64,000 bases of DNA from an uncultured Erysipelotrichaceae bacterium (lineage in GTDB: Bacteria; Bacillota_I; Bacilli_A; RFN20; CAG-826): the NCBI GenBank assembly GCA_902791935.1, contig CADAXQ010000002.1, forward strand, positions 35,738 through 99,737. The letters are read 5' to 3'. The notes under the pieces were generated by a model. That model was not told where the DNA came from. It saw only the letters and a program-made list of their open reading frames with translations, and made no database searches. Within the stretch, counting starts at the first letter, position 1. The number at the start of each line of letters is the position of its first letter. Positions 56,820 through 64,000 of this stretch are shown here, piece by piece. Made by a program: the position numbers and the translations under genes.

Positions 56820-58579
56820 TGGAAAACGAAAAACAAAGCAATTTGGTTCCAGCCTCCTCCTTTGCGGCGAACCATCCGGAACTCTTTCAGAAATCGAAAC
56901 GCGACGATGCGGCAATGCACGATCAAGCGTTCGAAACGAAACCGATTTCCTATTTCCGTGGCGCGATGATGCGTTTTGCGAAGAACAAAGCGTCCATCGT
57001 TGCTGCCGTCATCATCTTTATCATCATTCTTTACGCGATTATCGTTCCATTCGCTTCTCCGAAAGCGCATGTGGATTCTGTGACGTATCCAAACGGTTTC
57101 CAAGATCCATACTTCTCTTACGCGCTTCCCTATAACTCGTTATTCAAAGGAACGGGCTTCTGGGATGGCACCGAAACGAAAAACGGGATTTCGGATCGGG
57201 CTTACGATATTTATCGTTTTGATGATTCTAACCACAGTCCGATTGCCCAAGATTATGGCACTGAGCCACGGCTTGTTGGCACGACAATGCAAATGACGCA
57301 TAACATCCGCGTCGATTCTTATGCGGTCGGGAACAAAGTCATCACGGTCAATGCCGCTACTTATCAGAAAATTGTTTCCTACGAACAAGAAAAAGGCATT
57401 TACCATACGTCTAAAGGCATCATGAAGCCGCTTGTCTATTACACTGACAACTACTATAACGACGATGGCACGAAGAACGACAATCCTGGGTACTGCGCCC
57501 AATATCGCGATATCATGGCCCAAGATTTAGCTGGTGTAAATTACAACGAATTAACCACGGCTCAAACTGACATCCAGATGCAAATCAATAACGTCGTGGA
57601 CGCCATGCAAAACTACTACAACCAGAATTCTTCAATCTTCTACAAACTCGATGCGAAAGTCACGCGGTTAAGTGGCACGGTTTATACGCAAAACTCATTC
57701 TCCGCGATCAAAACCGCTTCGGATCAACCGATTGAAATCTATCAAAAAGACAGCAACGGCAGCTATGTCTATAACCGTGAATTCCATGATGATTACACCA
57801 TCCGGGTCGACTATTTCGATTATTTCACGTTAATCCATGGCTTTGAGCCTCATTATTTCTTCGGGGCTAACGCTTCAGGGCAAGACATCTTCTTACGGCT
57901 AGCCCAAGGTGCTCGTTTCTCATTATTACTCGGTGTTGGTATCTCCTTAATTAACATCTTGATCGGTGTGATTTGGGGCTCAATTTCGGGCTACTATGGT
58001 GGCACCACTGACTTAATCATGGAACGGGTCACCGATATTATCTCGGGCATCCCTTCCATCATTATCTTGACGGTCTGCTCCATTCAGTTCACGAATAACA
58101 TCGCCTTACGCCAAGCAATCGGTACTTCTGGTATCTACATCTTGGCGTTCTTGGTGGCCTTCGTCTATTCGGGCTGGATTGGCGTTGCGGGCACGACCCG
58201 TATGCAGTTCTACCGTTTCAAAGGGCAAGAATACGTCTTGGCTTCCCGTACGTTGGGCGCCAAAGACCGCCGTTTGATTTTCAAACACATCTTACCCAAC
58301 GCGATTGGTACTTTGGTCACCTCTTCGGTCTTGATGATTCCGAGTGTCATCTTCTCCGAATCTTCGTTAAGTTATCTCGGCATTATCAATTTCACTACTT
58401 CCGGGCTTTGTTCCATCGGCTCGTTGCTGAACGAAGGGCAAGCGGCTGGTTTGAAAGACCATCCGCACATGCTGCTCTTCCCCTGCTTAGTCATCGCTTT
58501 GTTGATGATTTGCTTTAACTTATTCGGCAACGGCTTACGCGATGCCTTCAACCCGAGTCTCAGAGGGAGCGACAACTAA
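56819..58579 (+). CDS. oppC: Oligopeptide ABC permease C with large extracellular insert
   Basis: RFAKNK, HYFFGAN..GQDIF, GARFSL, EYVLASRTLGA, KHILPN, GNGLRDAFNP. Confidence 0.93.
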   Translation: MENEKQSNLVPASSFAANHPELFQKSKRDDAAMHDQAFETKPISYFRGAMMRFAKNKASIVAAVIIFIIILYAIIVPFASPKAHVDSVTYPNGFQDPYFSYALPYNSLFKGTGFWDGTETKNGISDRAYDIYRFDDSNHSPIAQDYGTEPRLVGTTMQMTHNIRVDSYAVGNKVITVNAATYQKIVSYEQEKGIYHTSKGIMKPLVYYTDNYYNDDGTKNDNPGYCAQYRDIMAQDLAGVNYNELTTAQTDIQMQINNVVDAMQNYYNQNSSIFYKLDAKVTRLSGTVYTQNSFSAIKTASDQPIEIYQKDSNGSYVYNREFHDDYTIRVDYFDYFTLIHGFEPHYFFGANASGQDIFLRLAQGARFSLLLGVGISLINILIGVIWGSISGYYGGTTDLIMERVTDIISGIPSIIILTVCSIQFTNNIALRQAIGTSGIYILAFLVAFVYSGWIGVAGTTRMQFYRFKGQEYVLASRTLGAKDRRLIFKHILPNAIGTLVTSSVLMIPSVIFSESSLSYLGIINFTTSGLCSIGSLLNEGQAAGLKDHPHMLLFPCLVIALLMICFNLFGNGLRDAFNPSLRGSDN

Positions 58580-58580
58580 G

Positions 58581-60359
58581 ATGGCAAACGCAGTACAAGA
58601 ACAAAATAAAATCCTTGAAGTCAAGAATCTTCGGATTTCCTTCCGTACCGATGGTGGCACCGTCAAAGCGGTCCGTGGCATCTCCTTTTCGCTATACCGC
58701 GGTCGTACGTTAGCCATTGTCGGGGAATCTGGCTCTGGCAAATCCGTCACTTCCAAAGCCATCTTAGGCATTTTGGCCAATAACAAAATCATTGAAGGCG
58801 GCCAAATCCTTTATGACGGCAAAGACTTATTACAACTCGACGAAAACCAATTCTCGAAGATCCGCGGTGTCAAAATCTCGATGATCTTCCAGGATCCGCT
58901 TTCTTCGTTAAACCCCATCATGATTGTTGGCAAGCAGCTTACGGAAGCCATGGTCTTAAAAGACAAGGCCGACAAAGCCGAAGCCAAGAAGAACTTAAAG
59001 AAATGGAATGCGATTTTAAGCCAAGAAGATGCCGCCACTTATGCGAATTTAGAAGCGGCATTGAAGGCAGATGCCGCCGCCGTAAACAAAGACGACTATT
59101 CCTCGTTATTCTTGACGGCTACCCAACGTTCCGTGGCAAAGCAAAACGAAGCGATTCAAGTGGTGTTATCAATGTTAAAAGACTTTGCTACAAAGATTGC
59201 TCCGGAAACGGTGGTTTCTTTCCCCGATTGCTATCACGAGTTGAAACCCGTCTTCCAAGCGTTAAAAGATTGCGAACTCTCTGTGGCAGCAAATCGCGAT
59301 AATTTAATTTCCGTCTTCCCTGTCGAATGCAAAAACTTTGTTCGTCTCGCCAAAGAAGGTTTGGAACACGAAGAAAAACTCAAGAAGAATCTTGAACATT
59401 ATCACGTGGATAGCTTCTATGATTTACCCGCGCAAGTCCGGGCTAAATCCCGCGAAGTCATTGTTTCGCAAGAAGAATACACGACGAACTTCAAAGCAGC
59501 CGTGCAAGAACTCATCGTCCACTTAGAGAATCTTTTGAACCGTGACGAGAAAGACATCGAATCGTTAGGAACCGCTTTAAAAAACGCCTATTTCGAGGCG
59601 ATTGAAAAACGGAATCATATCTTAACGAAGCACGAGGCCAAAGAACGCGCGATTGAACTCCTAGGCGAAGTCGGCATTAATGAGCCGGAAAAGCGTTACC
59701 ATCAATATCCCTTTGAATTATCGGGCGGTATGCGGCAACGTATCGTCATTGCCATCGCGCTTTGTTCTTCGCCTGAAGTCTTAATCTGCGACGAACCGAC
59801 CACCGCGCTTGACGTGACCATCCAATCTCAAATCTTGGAATTGATCAACAAGCTCAAGAAAGAACGTAACCTTTCGATTATTTTCATCACCCATGACTTA
59901 GGGGTCGTTGCCAACATGGCCGATGACATTGCCGTCATGTATGCCGGTAAGATCGTTGAATATGGCACGGCAACCGATATCTTCTATGATCCACGTCACC
60001 CCTATACCCGTGCATTGCTGGGATCCGTTCCGGATTTAAACACGAAAGAACGCTTAAATGCCATTCCTGGCACGCCGCCGAACATGTTACTTCCGCCCCG
60101 TGGCGATGCCTTTGCATCACGGAATAAAGACGCGTTAGAGATTGATTATCTCGAAGAACCGCCATTCTGCCGGATTTCTCCGACGCATTACGCGGCTTCT
60201 TGGACGTTATATCCGGAAGCGCCTGATTTACCTGCCCCGAAGATTGTCGTGGCCCGGGTTAAGAAAGCGTTAAAAGAACATCCTGAATTTACGCCACAGG
60301 CGGAAAACCGCAAGAATTCCATCTTAAACGAAATCGAGGAGGAGAAAGACCATGAGTGA
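58581..60359 (+). CDS. oppD: Oligopeptide ABC ATPase D with long internal insert
   Basis: [40 protein letters not shown]. Confidence 0.93.
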   Translation: MANAVQEQNKILEVKNLRISFRTDGGTVKAVRGISFSLYRGRTLAIVGESGSGKSVTSKAILGILANNKIIEGGQILYDGKDLLQLDENQFSKIRGVKISMIFQDPLSSLNPIMIVGKQLTEAMVLKDKADKAEAKKNLKKWNAILSQEDAATYANLEAALKADAAAVNKDDYSSLFLTATQRSVAKQNEAIQVVLSMLKDFATKIAPETVVSFPDCYHELKPVFQALKDCELSVAANRDNLISVFPVECKNFVRLAKEGLEHEEKLKKNLEHYHVDSFYDLPAQVRAKSREVIVSQEEYTTNFKAAVQELIVHLENLLNRDEKDIESLGTALKNAYFEAIEKRNHILTKHEAKERAIELLGEVGINEPEKRYHQYPFELSGGMRQRIVIAIALCSSPEVLICDEPTTALDVTIQSQILELINKLKKERNLSIIFITHDLGVVANMADDIAVMYAGKIVEYGTATDIFYDPRHPYTRALLGSVPDLNTKERLNAIPGTPPNMLLPPRGDAFASRNKDALEIDYLEEPPFCRISPTHYAASWTLYPEAPDLPAPKIVVARVKKALKEHPEFTPQAENRKNSILNEIEEEKDHE

Positions 60360-61818
60360 AGAAACAAAAGTTAACGCCTCAGTCATTCCGAATCCCGAAG
60401 ACGTCCGCCCTGCTTTCCAACAAAAGTATGACTATACGAACGCGCAAAAGTTATTGGAACTCAAGCACGTCAAAGAATACTTCCGCTTCAAAAACGGCGA
60501 TGTCAAATACTTAAAAGCCGTCCATGACGTTAGTTTTGATGTCTATAAAGGTGAAGTCTTCGGCTTGGTCGGCGAATCAGGATGTGGCAAAACGACAACG
60601 GGTCGTACCATCCTCCGTTTGTATGACTTAACCAGCGGCAGCATCTATCTCGAAGGCGTTCGAATTGCTGCGGGCACCCGTTGGAACGAAAAAGAAATCA
60701 AATGGACGAACGTCCGTGCGAAAAAGCAAATTGATGATATCCATGCCCAAGAAGAGGCATTCAAAGAAGAACTCGCGAAAAACTATGAAGAAGCGTATGG
60801 CGAGCAATTCAAATTAAGTGCCTTAAAAGACGAAGCCGATCCTTCGAAGCATCAATATTACGATCGCTTTATGGCGAAAAAAGCCGAGGACGATCAGCAA
60901 ATCGAAGCGATTAAGGCACATCAAAAGCAAGTGCATGATGAGCAAATGGAGCAAATCCGTCTTGCCCATGACGACAACAAGCACTTCAATCGCCATCTTG
61001 CTGAAGCCGAAGAGAAGAAAGTGCAAGAAAAGCATGCCGCTCTTCTTCAAAAGCTCGCCAACCATGAGCCGTTGACGCCAGAAGAAACTGCTGAAGAAGC
61101 GAAATATAAAGAAGAATACGCGAAAGCGAAGCATACCACGTTATCGAATAAGGTCCAGATGATTTTCCAGGATCCGATTGCTTCGTTAAATCCGCGTATG
61201 ACCGTCCGTAATATCATTGCGGAAGGGTTAGTCATCAACGGTATCCACGATAAGGAATACATCAACCAAGAAGTGGCCCGCGTCTTGAAATTAGTCGGCC
61301 TTGTGCCGGAACACGCGAACCGTTATCCTCACGAATTCTCAGGCGGGCAGAGACAACGTATCGGCATTGCCCGCGCCATCATCATGAATCCGGAACTCAT
61401 CGTCGCGGATGAACCGGTATCCGCCTTGGACGTCTCCGTTCAAGCGCAAGTCATCAACCTCTTAAACGACTTACGGAATTCCTTAGGGTTAACGCTGATC
61501 TTCATCGCACACAACCTCTCCGTCGTCAAATACTTCTGCGACCGCATTGCCGTCATGTATTACGGAAACTTGGTGGAACTTGCCGAAAGCGATGAGCTCT
61601 TCGCGCATCCATTACATCCGTATACGAAGTCGTTATTAAGCGCCGTTCCGTATCCTGACCCTATCATTGAAAAGAGTCGGAAACGAATTACGTATGATCC
61701 GACGCGTGACCACGATTATTCGAAGCAATTACCAACGTGGCGCGAAATTGTGCCAGGCCACTTCGTCCGTTGCAATGACGAAGAAGAAGCCCGTTATCGG
61801 AAAGAGTTAGTGAAATGA
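60352..61818 (+). CDS. oppF: Oligopeptide ABC ATPase F with charged coiled-coil insert
   Basis: GESGCGKTT, QMIFQDP, RYPHEFSGGQRQRIGIARA, DEPVSALDVS. Confidence 0.93.
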   Translation: MSEETKVNASVIPNPEDVRPAFQQKYDYTNAQKLLELKHVKEYFRFKNGDVKYLKAVHDVSFDVYKGEVFGLVGESGCGKTTTGRTILRLYDLTSGSIYLEGVRIAAGTRWNEKEIKWTNVRAKKQIDDIHAQEEAFKEELAKNYEEAYGEQFKLSALKDEADPSKHQYYDRFMAKKAEDDQQIEAIKAHQKQVHDEQMEQIRLAHDDNKHFNRHLAEAEEKKVQEKHAALLQKLANHEPLTPEETAEEAKYKEEYAKAKHTTLSNKVQMIFQDPIASLNPRMTVRNIIAEGLVINGIHDKEYINQEVARVLKLVGLVPEHANRYPHEFSGGQRQRIGIARAIIMNPELIVADEPVSALDVSVQAQVINLLNDLRNSLGLTLIFIAHNLSVVKYFCDRIAVMYYGNLVELAESDELFAHPLHPYTKSLLSAVPYPDPIIEKSRKRITYDPTRDHDYSKQLPTWREIVPGHFVRCNDEEEARYRKELVK

Positions 61819-62294
61819 GCAAAATGCGCTACGTCTCCCCCGACCATGAGCCGCAGGATGACAACGCAAAAAAATCGTGGTTCCAGGACCGTAGTTTCTG
61901 GATTGCCTTACTGGTCACGACGCTCGTCCTCATCGCTACGGGCGCACTCATTGTGAGCATTGAGTACTTCTCTCAAAAAGATCATCCCGACGATCGCTTT
62001 GTGCTTCATTTGCTCACGGATGCCTTCGGCGTAAGCGGCATTCTCGGCGTCGGCATCTTCTGCCTCACCTGGGTGGCTTCTGCCGGAGCGTTCGACATGT
62101 TGGTCTATGGGGTCAAATTAGTCTTCTATACGACATTCATGCCACGCGAAAGAAGTGAAAAACTTCCCAAAACATTCTATGATTACAAAGTCTTGAAGGA
62201 CCGGGAGAAAAGGAAACCAGTCTATGGCATCCTCTTCCCAAGCATTCTCTTCTTGATCGTTGGCCTCATCCTACTTATCTTCTACAACATTTAA
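61815..62294 (+). CDS. DUF3899-like small membrane protein
   Basis: Three TM segments, GAFD...YG and FYDYK motifs. Overlaps the oppF stop. Confidence 0.7.
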   Translation: MSKMRYVSPDHEPQDDNAKKSWFQDRSFWIALLVTTLVLIATGALIVSIEYFSQKDHPDDRFVLHLLTDAFGVSGILGVGIFCLTWVASAGAFDMLVYGVKLVFYTTFMPRERSEKLPKTFYDYKVLKDREKRKPVYGILFPSILFLIVGLILLIFYNI

Positions 62295-62308
62295 CAAAGG
62301 AGAACATT

Positions 62309-64000
62309 ATGAAAACTTCTAAGAAAAGCGCTGTATTAGCCTCGCTTCTGTTCGGGCTTACGTTAGCGGCTTGTAACAATCCTTCAACGCCTTCCTCGAC
62401 GGACAGCCAAAAATCGGTTTCCTCTTCCACCAGTGTTCCGACCATCACGAACAACGATTTAAACAAAGGCAAAATCACGTATAACGACGCAACTGGTGCG
62501 GAACATCATTTAACCCGTTCTGGCATTTACAAAGCCTCGGGTGCCCCGCACGTCGATTCTTATCCCGAAGATGGCAAAAGACAAAAATTGCTCGTTGCCC
62601 CGATTTCGTTCCAAGCAAATCCAGACGATCCCAATGCCAGTTTAATCACGGCGGATGATGCTTTGCTTCAAAAAATCAATAAGACATTCACCGCCAGTGA
62701 TGAAGAACTCCAAGAACTCTCGGGTTCTGCGATTACTTCGGTGCAAAGCTTCTATGAAAAATCCTCGTTTGGCCGTGGTGCTTTTGATGTGGTTGTCTTG
62801 CCTTGCTGGATTGAATATAACGGAACGGCAAAGGCCTTCCAAAATTCTGCCACTTCTGGCGCCGGTGTTTCGATGTCCGCTTATGTCCGTGATTGGTATA
62901 ACACGGAATACGCCAAAACCAACCATGGTTCTTTAGGTGCCGATTGGCAATATTCTTGGTCCGACTTCGATTCGGATAAAGATGGCTATATCGATTTGAT
63001 TTGGCAAGTCTATGCCTACCCCTACACTTCGGGCGATACATCATTCTGGTGGGCTTATGTTACCTATACGGGCAACCAACCAAACGCAACCAATCCTCAA
63101 ATCATGACGTTAGCCTGGGCTTCTACGAAGTTCATGACCGAGAACTTCAACGGTTATGATCCGCATACGTTTATCCACGAAACAGGCCATACGTATGGCG
63201 TGAATGACTACTACGACTATAACAATACGTGGCGTCCGATGGGAACGGTTGACTATATGGATGGCAACCTTGGCGATCATAACGCTTACACCAAGTTCAT
63301 GTATGGCTGGGTGGAACCTTGGGTGCTTCGTGAAGAAGATCTTGAAGGTGACAAAGAAGCCGTTATCACATTACGGGCTCAAACGTTGTCCGGTGATTGC
63401 TTAGTTTTGGCTTCGCCTAACTATAACGGCACTGCCTTTGATGAATATTTGATGGTGGAACTCGTTGGTCCTTATGGACTCGCCAAACGTGACTATATGG
63501 GTGGCTACACCAACTACACTGGTTTCCGGAATCCTGGTATCCGTATCACCCACGTGGATGCTCGTATGTATAATAGCGATCATGACGCCGTGGTGACTGA
63601 CCCCAACCTCTTAGGGAAAAACGGCGGTGATAACCGCGTTTCGAACACCTATATGGGTCGTAGCAAGTCGGGCAAATCCGATACGGACTTCTGGCCAAAA
63701 GACGAAGGCAGCGCACCCGCTTCTTATCTCACGAAACATCCGAACGCGAAAGTTGGCACGCCTTCTAGCTACGCCTCTGGCAAATATGCTTATTACACCG
63801 AATCTTCTTTGATGCAATCGAGCATTAGTGATGAGAACTGGACCTCTTCCGCCAACTATAACGCGAAAGATACGGACCTCTTCACGAAGAATGCACGGTT
63901 CAGCCTTAAGACTTCGAGCGGTGCAAGCAGCGCCTGGGCGAAAACGTTCATGCCGAGCGGTTCTAACCTTTGGAACAAGGCCAAGACCACATTAGGCTGG
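62309..64000 (+). CDS. M6 (immune inhibitor A-like) metalloprotease lipoprotein, 3'-truncated by window edge
   Basis: Manual translation from ATG 62309 (SD AAGGAG): lipobox LAAC, SVQSFYEKSSFG, DSDKDGYID, HETGHTYGVNDYYD (H at 63176), DYMD...DHNAYTK..GW. Not in ORF track. Confidence 0.88.
   Translation, partial: MKTSKKSAVLASLLFGLTLAACNNPSTPSSTDSQKSVSSSTSVPTITNNDLNKGKITYNDATGAEHHLTRSGIYKASGAPHVDSYPEDGKRQKLLVAPISFQANPDDPNASLITADDALLQKINKTFTASDEELQELSGSAITSVQSFYEKSSFGRGAFDVVVLPCWIEYNGTAKAFQNSATSGAGVSMSAYVRDWYNTEYAKTNHGSLGADWQYSWSDFDSDKDGYIDLIWQVYAYPYTSGDTSFWWAYVTYTGNQPNATNPQIMTLAWASTKFMTENFNGYDPHTFIHETGHTYGVNDYYDYNNTWRPMGTVDYMDGNLGDHNAYTKFMYGWVEPWVLREEDLEGDKEAVITLRAQTLSGDCLVLASPNYNGTAFDEYLMVELVGPYGLAKRDYMGGYTNYTGFRNPGIRITHVDARMYNSDHDAVVTDPNLLGKNGGDNRVSNTYMGRSKSGKSDTDFWPKDEGSAPASYLTKHPNAKVGTPSSYASGKYAYYTESSLMQSSISDENWTSSANYNAKDTDLFTKNARFSLKTSSGASSAWAKTFMPSGSNLWNKAKTTLGW

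Noticed and set aside
62275-63817. Short ORF-track calls at the right end
   Set aside because: They are alternative frames of the M6 protease CDS, which the track missed because it runs off the window
1-64000. AGG Arg-to-Met codon reassignment, reported in some uncultivated Bacilli of similar GC content
   Set aside because: Host genes use ATG at conserved Met sites (prfA FRMY, dnaX EVHM) and AGG is rare. The AGG codons inspected (rsmI DPGA-R-L, truA ALG-R, holB) fit Arg/Lys positions. One oppA site (54153, NY-R-SYGPY) is ambiguous. CGG encodes conserved Arg (prfA HRVQR) and TGA is a stop. A Codetta run would settle it.

Overview
Chromosomal 64-kb window from a probably anaerobic Bacilli/Erysipelotrichales-like bacterium. 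The lineage (RFN20-type) is inferred from gene style only. Standard genetic code 11 fits. Most of the window is housekeeping: ecfA1-ecfA2-ecfT-truA-PHP phosphatase, smpB, gpmA, prfA-prmC-tsaC-rpiB-gatCAB-DUF1836-galE, dnaX-ybaB-recR-tmk-holB-ricT-rsmI, nadK-nfnAB, fprA, superoxide reductase, hsp20 with two CIRCE boxes, and ybaK. At the right end is a lipoprotein-oppABCDF-DUF3899-M6 metalloprotease locus. There is one intact 1422-bp IS1202-like (ISNCY) insertion sequence with a 17-bp target duplication. No rRNA, tRNA, CRISPR array, prophage or classic defence island is visible. The best leads are two full-length but catalytically eroded enzymes (a FolC-like protein coupled to a folate-type ECF S component, and a GH13 lacking its acid/base Glu), an uncharacterised DUF1538/tandem PII-like module, an Opp system with very large inserts coupled to a surface protease, and several apparently leaderless transcripts. 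Family calls come from motif recognition by eye, not from database searches.
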